Part shown: positions 23,166 through 34,955 of the stretch, piece after piece | Position numbering within the stretch: the first letter of the stretch is position 1 | How the letters are laid out: every line of letters begins with the position of its first letter | Assembly (NCBI RefSeq): GCF_004010195.1 | Contig: NC_057719.1 | Location: forward strand, 76,871,273-76,909,823 | DNA length: 38,551 nt | Origin: Chiloscyllium plagiosum | Taxonomy: Eukaryota | Reading direction: 5' to 3' | Position numbers and translations under genes: made by a program | The notes under the pieces: model-generated | The model's input: only the letters and a program-made list of their open reading frames with translations | Database searches by the model: none | What the model was told of the DNA's origin: nothing

Positions 23166-23404
23166 ATTATTATGATAATGATGGTCTTGCTATAATCCCT
23201 TCCTTCCCACTGACTGGCTGAAGGGGATGTGGCAGGAAGACCAAGAGAAAATAATTAAGAGTTACTGCTCCCAATCATTAGCCCCTAACAACTGTTGAAA
23301 AGTGTATACTTCTACACAATAAATAAGCAGGACTAAACCAGGAAGCCCTTCAAGCCCTCACTTTCCATTTACTTTTCCCACTTACTTAGTTGCTACAAGC
23401 CAAT

Positions 23405-23960
23405 AAATAATGACTCATACTCATATAATGCATGTAAATGCGGTAAAACATTTCAAGGTACATGACAGAAGCATTAAATAAAATCGGACAACAGTTGGAT
23501 CAGCAGGTAGAGGAGATGAAAATTTTATCAAAAGGATCCTCAGTGACTTCCTCCGAGAATAGAGGCTCAGGCTTTACTTACCCCACATTGAGTCACATAA
23601 GAAGTTTCAGGGAAGTACCTAGTAATGTGATCAGCAGTAGATTTTAGGAAGTGTTTTAAAGGAGGAAGAAGAGATGAAAAGGCAAAGAGATGCAGGAAAT
23701 AGCTTTCAGAATTTGTGCCTTGTCAAGTGAAAGCATGATCATTGATGATGCAATTATCACAGGTGCTCGAGAGGCAAGAATTAGAAATAACACAATCAAG
23801 ACCCAATGTAGGAAATGAGCACAGAGTAAATGAGTGAGCAAGAGCTGGTGCAAGTTAGGACACAAGCAGCAGAGCTGTGGGTGATTTAAGTTTTATGTTC
23901 AGTACAATGTCAAAGGCAGATCAAGAACAGTGCAATACCTCAACTGTGGAATTCTATTTT
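23405..23960 (-). mobile_element. Degenerate L2-type LINE 3' end with a ~95-bp insert at about 23491-23585
   Basis: gtagattttaggaagtgttttaaaggagg...gaggcaagaattaga, the reverse of the family at 14-400. Boundaries approximate. Confidence 0.45.
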
Positions 23961-24519
23961 AGCATCAGAGAACACCTTGACAAGAAAAGGAAAATGCTTG
24001 CATGATTAAATTTAGACATTACAGCAGGTTTAGGGGGAATGAGAGTGGAATCTTTTCAAAGACAGATAGGTCAGCAGGACAGTTGCTCAAAATAGAACAT
24101 ACTCTCATGATATTACATCTGATGTGATAACAAGACAAGCTTTTTGTATCCTCAGCAATTTACTAAAAAGAGAAAATTCCTATATACTTCAATATCTGTA
24201 ATATAGGAATGGCGTATTGGCTTGTTATTTCAACAATTTTCAATCAACATTACCCTTCTTCTAACATCCCATTAACCACTTCCCTATCACTTACTTTCCT
24301 ATTTGTGTTACATGGTTGCACGTATTTAATCTGATTACATAAACTTTAACTAAATTTTTCAATTTGAATAATACTGCAATCAGCTTTTGGGGTGTGAATG
24401 TAGTTCTGGAATAAAATACCATTGTTATTAATAAATGAAGAGCTTATTCCATCACATTTTATCTCATATTTGCAGAATATTGAATAGTTTTACACTATCC
24501 ATCAATTTATCACTGCTCC

Positions 24520-24763
24520 TCTGACAGCTCCTTCCAAATCCATGACCTCTGCATTCTGGAATGACAAGGGCAGCAGACATTTATGGGAACACCACCAACT
24601 ACAAGTTCAGCTTTAAGTCACACACTACCTGACCTGGGAACTATATCACCATTTGTTCACCGTCACTATGTTAAAATCTTGGAAATCCAAATGCACCTAC
24701 TCCACATGGATTATAATGGTTTACAAAGGCAGCTCACCAACATCTTAAAGGCATTTAGGGATG
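24520..24763 (+). mobile_element. CR1/L2-group LINE 3' end; its tail resumes at about 26260-26301
   Basis: atgggaacaccaccaactacaagtt...aaggcagctcaccaacatct...ttagggatg, continuing as aaatgctagtctagcta...cccacatcctgtgaatgaa after the CR1 and SINE inserts. Confidence 0.6.
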
Positions 24764-24766
24764 AAC

Positions 24767-25942
24767 AGGGTTGTTTTTCAGACTGGAGCCCTGTGCCTGG
24801 TGGTGTTCCACATGAATCGGTGCTGGGTCCACTTTTGTTTGTCATTTATATAAATGATTTGGATGAGAATGTACATGGTTAGTAAGTTTGCAGGTCACAC
24901 CAAAATTGGTGATTTAGGGGACAGTGAAGGTGGTCATCTAAGATTACAAACACATCTTGATCAATTGTGTCAATGAGCTGAACAGTGGCAGATGTAGTTT
25001 AATTTGGATAAATGCATGTTGGTAAAACAAAAGGGCAGAGGTTATACAGTTAAAATTAGAGCTTTGCGCAGTGTTGTAGAACAAAAGAGTTCAGGTACAT
25101 AATTCTTTGAAGTTTGCATCATATATAGATAGGCTGGTTAAGGTGGTGTTTAGCATGCTTGCATTCATTGCTCAAACTTTTGAGTACAGAAAAACCCCAT
25201 CTGTTCACTAATATCATTTAGGGAAGGAAATCTGCCATCCTTACCTGGTCTGGTCTACATGTGACAGAAAACCTACAGCAATATGGTTGACTCTTGACTG
25301 CCTTCTGGGCAATTAGTGATGGGCAATAAATGCTGATCTAGCCAACTACACCCTCATCCCATGAATGAATTTTTAAAAAAAGTTGGAACATTATGTTGAT
25401 GTTGTACAAGACATTGGTGAGGACTTTTCTGGAGTACTGTGCCCAGTTCTGGTCGCTTTCTTATAGAAAGGATATTATTAAGCTGGAGAAGGTTCAAAAC
25501 AGACTTACCAGGATGCTGCCGGGAATAGAGAGCTTGAGTTATATGGAGCGCTGGATAGGCTGGGACATTTTATACAGGAGAGTAGGTTGAGTTGTGACCT
25601 TATAGAAGTTTATAAAATCATAAGGCACATTGATAAGGTGAATAACAAGTGTCTTTCCCCTAGGGTGGGGGATTTCAAGATTAGGGGGAATATTTTTAAG
25701 GTGAAGGAAAGTTTAAAAAAAAATACATGAGGGGCAACTCTTTTTTTTTAAACATGTATGGAATGAACTTCCACAGAAATGGGTGTATACGGCTATAATT
25801 ACAATGTTTATAAGACATTTAGATAAGTACATGAATAAGAAATATTTGGAGGATATGGGCCAAGTGCAGGCAGGTGGGACTAGGTTAATTTGAGATTATG
25901 GTCGGCATGGACTGGTTTCCATGCGGTATGACTCAATAACTC
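24767..25942 (+). mobile_element. CR1 LINE 3' ~1 kb, interrupted by a SINE
   Basis: GCFSDWSPVPGGVPHESVLGPLLFVIYINDLD; LYKTLVRTFLEYCAQFWS; 3' UTR similar to 18060-18214. Confidence 0.88.
25190..25380 (+). mobile_element. 5'-truncated tRNA-SINE body and tail
   Basis: Similar to 16795-16960. Ends catcccatgaatgaatttttaaaaaa and interrupts the CR1 at gagtacag|agttgg. Confidence 0.75.
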
Positions 25943-25950
25943 AAAGAAAT

Positions 25951-26257
25951 GGGCGGCATGGTGGCACAGTGGTTAGCACTGCTGCCTCACAGTGCCAGAG
26001 ACCCGGGTTCAATTCCCGCCTCAGGCGACTGACTGTGTGGAGTTTGCACATTCTCCCTGTGCGTGGGTTTCCTCCGGGTGCTCCAGTTTCCTCCCACAGT
26101 CCAAAAATGTGCAGGTCAGGTGAATTGGCCATGCTAAATTGCCCATAGTGTTAGGTGCAGGGGTAAATGTAGGGGAATAGGTCTGGGTGGGTTGCGCTTT
26201 GGCAGGTCGGTGTGGACTTGTTGGGCCGAAGGGCCCATTTCCACACTAAGTAATCTA
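25951..26257 (+). mobile_element. HE1-type V-SINE, same subfamily as 11974-12292
   Basis: gggcggcatggtggcacagtggttagc, B box ggttcaattcc, V-domain, tail taagtaatcta. A-rich near-TSD aaagaaat / aaaaaaat. Confidence 0.92.
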
Positions 26258-26619
26258 AAAAAAAATGCTAGTCTAGCTAACCCACATCCTGTGAATGAAA
26301 ACTGAGAAAAAAAGACTGTGTAACCCATCCTGAGAAACTATCAGAACAGTACAAAGTCTCTGATTTAAACTGTAACTTTCACGGGGATCCAAGCTGAGAG
26401 GAATTTCCCAGTGCAAAATTCAATTTCCTATGCACTTTCTTTGGAATGTGCTATAATGGGATCCCTGTGTACAGTTCCCATTTATGTTGGTTTAACAACC
26501 ACATTGCCAGTGGAAAATCTACCCTATTATCTCTTGGCATTCACCAATATTTGTTTGTTCTGGGTGCCTAAATGTGATTCAATAGACTTTTTATTTTCAA
26601 TCCTCTGCAAGTTAATTTG

Positions 26620-28020
26620 AGACAACAGACAGGAATGACCTTCTGACCCATCCTGTTTTTATCCACTCTCCATCCCACTCAGAACTATATGATCACCTGG
26701 AAAGACAAGGATTAAAAACAGAGGCAAATTCACAGTAGAGTGATCGAGGAGCATCCTTTCCAACCATATATGGTAATCAAAACGCATTCTACTCTGGTCT
26801 CTGAAATTCCATACAATACCTATCCTCTGGAAGAGATTATCTCCATATTAACACAGGTCTAGCTCCTGCTTGAAGGAGTTCAATAAATCAGATACCATCT
26901 CAGAAGCCATCAGAATGTACCAGAAGTCCATTATTTGCTGGGAAAGGAACTACTTCATGTCATTTAACCTAATTGACATTTTATATAATCTTAATTTTCA
27001 TACCTGGTGTTCCCTAATCCATTCAAATGCAAGAAACTGTCAATGTGGAACACAATCTACCTCCTTTATTGTTTTGTTAACTTTGACAAATTCACTCCAA
27101 GTGTATGTTTCACCAAGTCTAGAGTCCTAACTTATCTTGATACTGTATTTTGACTGAGGTAAAAACAATGACTGCAGATGCTGGAAACCAGACTCTGGAT
27201 CAGTGGTGCTGGAAGAGCACAGCAATTCAGGCAGCATCCGACGAGCAGCAAAATCGACGTTTCGGGCAAAAGCCCAGGTCCATCTACAGTCTTGAACAAG
27301 GTTATAATTTTTTTTCTTCTAAATAATTGTCCTATTTTATGCACCCTAATACACTATTCACTGTGGGTCTTGTTTCATAGCATTACTCATGAGTCCTTGG
27401 AGATCTATGCAACAGAAATACTTTAGATCTTTTTCTTTCTCCATCTGCTCGAATAATGTTTCCACAAGATTGTATGTATGTTCAGTATTCACTTTTCCTC
27501 AATACATAACACTGCTTCTTTAAGTTAACAATCATTTGCCAGTCACAAACCCAAATGTCCGACACATCAAGCTCCCCATGAAACCACTGATCATCGTTTA
27601 CAGTCCTCACACTTTCACAAATCCTAATATTTGCAGATTATGCTGACAGCCCCTCCATATATCATTAACAGTACAGTATAAATGTCCCAGTACAGATCCT
27701 CATGAAACAGCATAGCTGACCAATTTCCAGAAAAATCCAACTCTAACTTGAACAATTTCCTGACTATGCCTTTTCCAAAAGCTTTGGAAATTTACATTGA
27801 TGACATTAATTTGAATTTCCTCAGCTTTTATCCTGTTGACCTCCATAAAAGGAATTAGTAAATTTGTAAAGCATGACCTTTTTTGAACCCTTGTACATTC
27901 TCATTTGTGAATTATCTAAATAATTGTATTTTCTTCTCCAAATGATTTTCTCAATAACCATTCATTTTTTGTTCCCCAAATCAACCTTGTGTCCTTTTCT
28001 GAGGATGGGAACTCTATTAT
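26620..28020 (-). mobile_element. Ancient CR1 LINE remnant
   Basis: Minus-strand traces of the DFQKAFDKV (~27770-27808), QGSVLG (~27685-27703) and FADD (~27630) motifs in the correct order. Very degenerate. Confidence 0.45.
27152..27275 (-). mobile_element. Penelope pLTR fragment with half hammerhead (stem II + GAAAC GTC; CUGANGA absent)
   Basis: Minus strand gggc-tttt-gccc-gaaacgtcgatttt...gatgctgcctgaattgctgtgctcttccagca...ccagcatctgcagtc. A ~40-bp piece of the same family is at 36683-36722. Confidence 0.8.
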
Positions 28021-29974
28021 CATTAGTATAAAAGGCATTGAGCTGGAGTTCACACAGCACACGTCCCACCTCCAAGGACATTCAAGTAACCATCACCCAG
28101 ACTGAATGCTCTATGTTCAGGATGTTAGTGCTTTCTAAAGTAACATTTTTGTTTGTGATAATATTACGATTGTTAACATTATCAAATTCAAACAAACAGT
28201 CATGCACCATCCTGAAGGTGAAGGCTGATGCAAAGTGCTATATTACCCTGATTTTCTTTACTGGCACTTCATAATATCTGTCATCTTGGTCAGTATGTGC
28301 TTCAAAGAAAAGGCTGCTTAAGGTAGTTCACTCCCACCAATTCTCCCTTGTTTGCATCTTATCTAGGTTCTGTTGAATAATCAGTGGTAGCATTTATATC
28401 GCTGTTGAACAGACACTGCTCTTAGTTAACAAAGTTGCTTATTGAATGATAGCAATAAGTACAAGCTACATTAGTTCAGGTGTAATCACTAGGACTCGAG
28501 AGCTGAACAGAATACATCTGATCCCTCCAAAGGCAAGCATAAAATTCACTTTTTCCACCACAGACAGTGACATCAACAGAATAGGCAAAACTCAATGAAC
28601 ATGTACAATAACTCCTTCAGCACCATCACATTATAGAATGTAAAACACTCATTTAATAAAAAAATAAATAAATAAGAACATGTTGAAAATACTCAACAGA
28701 TCAACAGCAGCAATAGAAAGAAAATAATTAACCTTATAATTTCAGGCTTTTTCTGTTTTTCTTTCAGATTTATGGTATCTGCAATATTTTTCTTTCACAC
28801 GTTTAATATTTCTACCACATATTATAACTACTTTGGGTTGTACCTTGAACATCTTCAGAATACCAATAAAGTCTTTTGAAATCTTCTAACTCTTCACATA
28901 ACAGAAAAAGTTTTTTACCAGCACTTTCACAATTGTCTTTAATCCTCTTTTCCAGTATCCTATGGGCTGATCTAAAGGCAACCTTAATTTTACTTAACTC
29001 CATTTAATTGAGTATTAGGTGTCTGTGTATTGTAGAAAGATTTTTATTTACATCTTAGCTGACCAGTCAGGCACTTTGGGCTTTTTCTTACCACACTCCC
29101 TTCTTTTGTGCCCTTAGGGTGCTGTTTGGAAGATGAAGATCTCTAGCTTGACAGTGTATTCCCTGCTCCCTCTGGCACTATCAATCAATCTTGGCCACTC
29201 TACTTTCACTTGATTGGTCTGGGTACTTTCTGTGGTGGTTACCAGGACTGTGTACTGTTGCCCTAGTGGAGTTTCTCTAAGACTGTAGGTGGTGGACAAC
29301 ATACATTGGCATCCTATTCTGTTTAGTTAGGTGAAACTTTTGTCAACTTGGATCACCTGGGTGGCACAATGGTCAACCATTCAATCTGTGGCTTACAGTA
29401 AATGAAAGTATATTGAGCTACAAATTTAACTTAATAGTTCCTTTACTGCTCAAAATCAGTGTCAAGACTGTGCAATTTGAGATGATGTCAAAATAGGACT
29501 TAAACACAAACTTCACAGCAAACATTTTAAACCATAAATTTGAATAAAAATCTAAATACTCAATATATTTAAAGTTGTGCACCAAAATCAAATTAGTTCA
29601 GTATCATGAGTTCCTTTCCCTGCATGGTCTAATTAGAAAAATGCTTTAAAGGCCACTTATGTATAATTTGACAGGGTTAAAATCAATTTACTGGCCCAGG
29701 AAAACATTCTGCAGAATGAAAAAAAAACAATCAGCAAAGACTATCACAAAGCCATCATAAATAAAGCAAATCACATAAGCACTTGATCTTCAGCATGTAT
29801 AAACTACCATGGGTGCAGGGTTGGGGAGGGTGAAGCTGAAATCAAAAACATCTTGAAGTATTTCATAGCAAGGCCTGGGCTCAAATTTCACCTGCCCCAA
29901 GGCATGTAATAACATCACTGAACAGGCTGATTAGAAAAAAAATACTGACCATTATACTTATCAAATATGAAATT

Positions 29975-30160
29975 GAACCATAAAATCTTGAAAATTCCAG
30001 GCTCAAATCTTGATTTGTGCCGAGTTACCAATCCCAGGCAAGACAGCAGGAAGGAAATACAATTGGAATGCATTCTCCCAGAGAAAAAAAAACCTCAGAT
30101 AACATGGGAAGAAAGTTAACTCAATGATCCCTGTCAAGTGATCTTTAGCATGCCTGTTGG
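29975..30160 (+). mobile_element. Possible ancient tRNA-SINE remnant (AmnSINE2-like)
   Basis: ccaggctcaaatcttgatttgtgccgagtta...atacaattgg resembles a recalled consensus. Weak. Confidence 0.3.
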
Positions 30161-30849
30161 TCAACAACTAAACTTAGTTCAGCCAAACATGATCATAAAA
30201 AAAGATTCAGACAAAATTCTTTATACTCAAGGCTGCTGGCACACACTCACATTTGGATAACCAGTAGCACTGTGGGCTGTCATCAATTGTACATTCACTG
30301 GTATTTGCGTATATAAATAAAACTTACAGTGATCCTTCAAACTAAATCATAACTCTGTTTTGTGACTATTCAAACTTTGTGTGTATTCAGTCAATGCATG
30401 TTAGTGTTGAGGGGATGGAAAGATTTTCTGCCATTCAAGCATTCTCAAGAAAGGTATGATAAAGCCAGATGTCACGTAAAACTCATTTGCCCCTATCCAC
30501 AATTACATGCTTCAGTCAAACCTGCAAAGAATACTCCCTTCATAAACCAATTTCACAAGATAATGCTAATGAACAACAGAGACAACATGTACCTGTCTAG
30601 ATTGGGTTTGAAACCAGAGACTAATTTTCTCTGGGTTAAGGTTAATACTTAGACTTTCCCTGCACCTTATAGTGCAAACATTTTTTTTAACTATGAAGTT
30701 GCTGAAAGTGTAAGTTATTAGGACAAAAAGGAATACTGATCCCAAGTTACCAGGTGTCAATTTCTCCATTCCCTCTCCAGCTGACCTGGGCCAAATAGAA
30801 AGGCGTCGAGAATGAATAAATTAATCCCTTACATATGGTTGTTCAGTCT

Positions 30850-31660
30850 GCCTTACATAAATTAAGTGGTAAACATCTGTGCTGTCAATTTAATTGGGAC
30901 CAAGCAACATGCAATACATAGTGAGGAAAATGGAGTTCATTGTGGGAAACAATGAAGTCATCCACTTTAAATCTACAAAAAAACAACAATTTTCCCAATG
31001 GTGAGAGGCAAGGAACGGTGGAGAAGCAAAGGGATGTGAGTGCCCACACAAACAAATCACAAAGCTAGTGAACAGGTATAAAAAGCAATCAAAAAGACAA
31101 ATGGAATATTGACATTTACCTCTACAGATTTGTAATTCAGAAGTAGGGAGTCTACTTTGCTAGAATAAAGCCTTTTAGAATGTTCTATTCAGTTTAAGCA
31201 TCAAATCTCAGAAAATAATTACCATAAAGGAACTAAAATCACAGATTGACCAGAATGGTACCTAGATTTAAAAGATTATATTATGAGATTAGGTTTGCAT
31301 AAGCTTGGCTTGCAGCCCCTTGAGTTCAGAAAATTATCTAATCATCTAATTGATTTTATTTTAATAAGCAAGGAATTTGATAGTTTCCCTTTATCACCTG
31401 ATCCTTTGGTAGAAGAATCCAGAACAAAGGCAAAAAATGTTAAAATTGATGGCAGACCTTTTAAGTGTGAAATGAGGAAACATTTTGTCCGTGGTACTGG
31501 CCATGTGGAACTGTTTCCTCACAAGGTGGGAGGGGAACCACGGAAATTCAAAATCTGGGATCACAGATTTTTGTTAGGCAAAGATATCAAGGGACACGGA
31601 ATGGAGGCAGGTCAAATGAATTTTGGGCAGAATCAGTTATGAGGATTGATTGTACATTTG
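30850..31660 (+). mobile_element. Degenerate CR1 LINE 3' part
   Basis: Peptide LHKLGLQPLEFRKLSNHLI...ESRTKAKNVKIDGRPFKCEMRKHF is the CR1 ORF2 C-terminus. Confidence 0.7.
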
Positions 31661-31719
31661 TCTCAATGTGGGCAGACGTTGCGGGGGTTGGGGGAAGGCC
31701 TGATCCAAAATAGGTAAGG

Positions 31720-31890
31720 TTGCTATAGGGCTGCTCCCTCATGACAGAGGGATGACTGGTGGTGGCTTATTCTGAGAGTCACTATACCTCCAGAACAGGC
31801 TGAGATGAAGACGGCGAGGCCTTCATAGGAATTAAAACTGTGCTGTTGGCGCCATCTCCACTGCAATCCATCCAACCAAGCTGATCAACT
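31720..31890 (-). mobile_element. Degenerate tRNA-SINE
   Basis: Minus strand cagcttggttggatgg...gccaacagcacag...attcc...accaccagtcatcc...gagcagccctata. Recognised from recalled shark SINE features only. Confidence 0.4.
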
Positions 31891-32222
31891 TCCAAACCCA
31901 AACTGGGCTCATCCAGAATATATTGGTTTGAACGCATTCAATTTTTTTTAAACAAATCCCATCTGGTTCCTTCCACTTTCAGCATCTACAAAAAGCTGTG
32001 TACCATAGCTTTATCTTTACTGGACCATGGTACAATGCAGCAGTGGTAGAAACCTGCAAAAATTATCATTGGGATAGATTTTTCATAATGGGAGTGTATG
32101 ATTCATCATGGTAATCCTACCTTCATTTCCTTCTGCATTTTAAACATTAAAAGCACACTCAACGGAACTCATTTTAAATCATGACTGGAGAAGTGAAGTG
32201 AGCATGAATTTGTAATACTCTA

Positions 32223-32915
<693 letters not shown>

Positions 32916-33584
32916 CTAAACAGTCAACATAGCAAAAGAGAGAGGGGGAGAATAGATTCAGTTAGTTCATTGCATGTATCGTTTGCCCCTGACAACACTC
33001 ATCATTTCTCCTTGATAGCATCACACATGTTCTAAATTATTTGAATTTTTAGTGTATTTTATACGCTGAAGGTTCCATTCTCAATCCATTAATTTATTTT
33101 ATGTATATTTTCCCACAAACAATCAAGTTATATAACAGAAAAATATTCCCAAAAAGTAGGTGTGCATTTGAAGTTTCAAGCTTGAATTCTTTGTCCCCTC
33201 AAAAAAAAAGTTTCTTACTGTGCCAGGTGTAACAGCAAACAAAATTGTCACTTCCAGATGCTGAATAATCTTCTTTGTATTTCTAATATCTTGTGTTTAA
33301 TACAGCTTAAATGTAATACTCTTTGTGCATTATTCGTACCCTGAGGCTTCCTGATTTCTTCCTATTATCCAGTCTTTTTTTTACCTGTACAATTATATTT
33401 AGAAATTTTCTTGATAAGCAATTTCCAGGTTTTAGCTATTCAAAACCAGAAGTTTAAATTGACATCCCATTAAATTGCTCTTCGATTTGCCTTAGAAAAG
33501 TTTGCTTTGACATAAATAACACTGCAACGACTGAAATATAGTATAGGTTAAAGTATCTCAAGTATTCAATAACATTAAGTCAGG

Positions 33585-33674
33585 CTTCATCTGGAGGCTC
33601 ACTGAAGATGTTACTTAGTATGGTGATGAAACATCTGAAAATGAAACTTCCAGCTCAGTGAGCAAACCTACATC
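33585..33674 (+). mobile_element. Penelope pLTR mini-insertion consisting mostly of a hammerhead motif
   Basis: Near-copy of 2203-2284. Exact 12-bp TSD cattaagtcagg at 33573-33584 and 33675-33686. Confidence 0.85.
33599..33638 (+). ncRNA. Minimal type I hammerhead ribozyme motif (CpG-decayed)
   Basis: uca-CUGAAGA-u-GUUACU-uaguau-GGUGAU-GAAA-C-AUC-uga: both core boxes present, stem II with G.U pairs, 3-bp stem I. Confidence 0.6.
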
Positions 33675-34015
33675 CATTAAGTCAGGTTTTAGTATTATGT
33701 ATTGCTTAAGTTGGCCTTTGCAATGGATATGAAGTTAATCTCAAAAAGATTAAAACTACAAATAATTCTAAAGATTCTTTTGACCCAAATCAGATCTGTT
33801 AGTTGTTGTTGTTACTACGCACATTACATTACATTCCCTACAGAAGAAGCAGTCCCAATATAAAGTAAGTAAAATCACATAAAGCAGAAATTGGACAACA
33901 TAAAGAGACCTAACTCAAAATGATCACCATTACCATAAGTCACAGCGTATGTTGACCTTTGAAACTTCAAAAAAAGTCCTTCCAAAAATAAGGGTTGAGT
34001 TAAACACTGAAAATA

Positions 34016-34955
34016 TGTCGAGCAAAGCAAAAACGAGGAATGAAAATGTTTGGCCTTGCCTCCACTGGGAGGTACAAAGACCATACATGAGTACATGGTA
34101 GAGTTGGCCTCAACTTTTTTTTTTAAGGAGGAGGAATAGTTCCAATATTTTGTTTGATGGATTTAGTTAGTTCTGATGCCTTACAATGGACCTTTGTGCC
34201 AAAACAAAAGAAACACAATCATTTTCCTCCCCTCTAACTCCATTCAAAGGAAGCAAGAGATGTGTCCTACATTTTTATACTCTACTGCAAAACTTTGATC
34301 ATTTCACTCCCTCTCTATTATAACCTACCAGTATAAAAACATCAGGGACCGTCAATCTGTATTTGGCTAATTGACTCGCATGTAAGTTGACAAAACCTCT
34401 TGTTCGTGCTTTCAAGTCAAACACAATAGTGAATAGTTATCATAACAACTAATTATTTATATCACTCATATTCCTCTTAGATATACACTGAACCCAAATT
34501 CCAATTATTTTTAAAGTGATTTTACTGTTCATAGGTGTCCCTACCTTGAGTTATAGCAAATAGCAAGATCTCCGCAAAACTACAACAGGTTATCACCTTG
34601 ACCCTGGAGATTGCGATAGGATGGACACAGATAGTCCCTGATGTTTTTCTATTGGTAGATTATAATAGAGAGGGAGTGAAATGATCACATTTTTGAGTAT
34701 GAAAATATTGGACATCTCTTTCTTCCTTTGAATGGACTTAGAGGGGAGGAAAATGATTTTGTTTCTTTTATTTTGGCACAAATTTCCATTATTAGGCATC
34801 AGAACTAACTAAATTCATCAAACAGAATATTAGAAATACTCCTACTCCCAAAAAAAGTTATGTCCAGCTCTATCATCTACCCATGTCTGGACTTTGTTCC
34901 TCCCAATGGAGGCAAGGCCAAACATTTTCATTTTTTGTTTCTGCTTGGCTCGACA
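34016..34955. repeat. Long imperfect inverted repeat (arms 34016-34349 and 34634-34955, spacer ~285 bp)
   Basis: Collinear reverse-complement match along the full arms, e.g. aatgaaaatgtttggccttgcctcca / tggaggcaaggccaaacattttcatt; atttagttagttctgatgcct / aggcatcagaactaactaaat; tgatcatttcactccctctctattataa / ttataatagagagggagtgaaatgatca. Confidence 0.93.
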
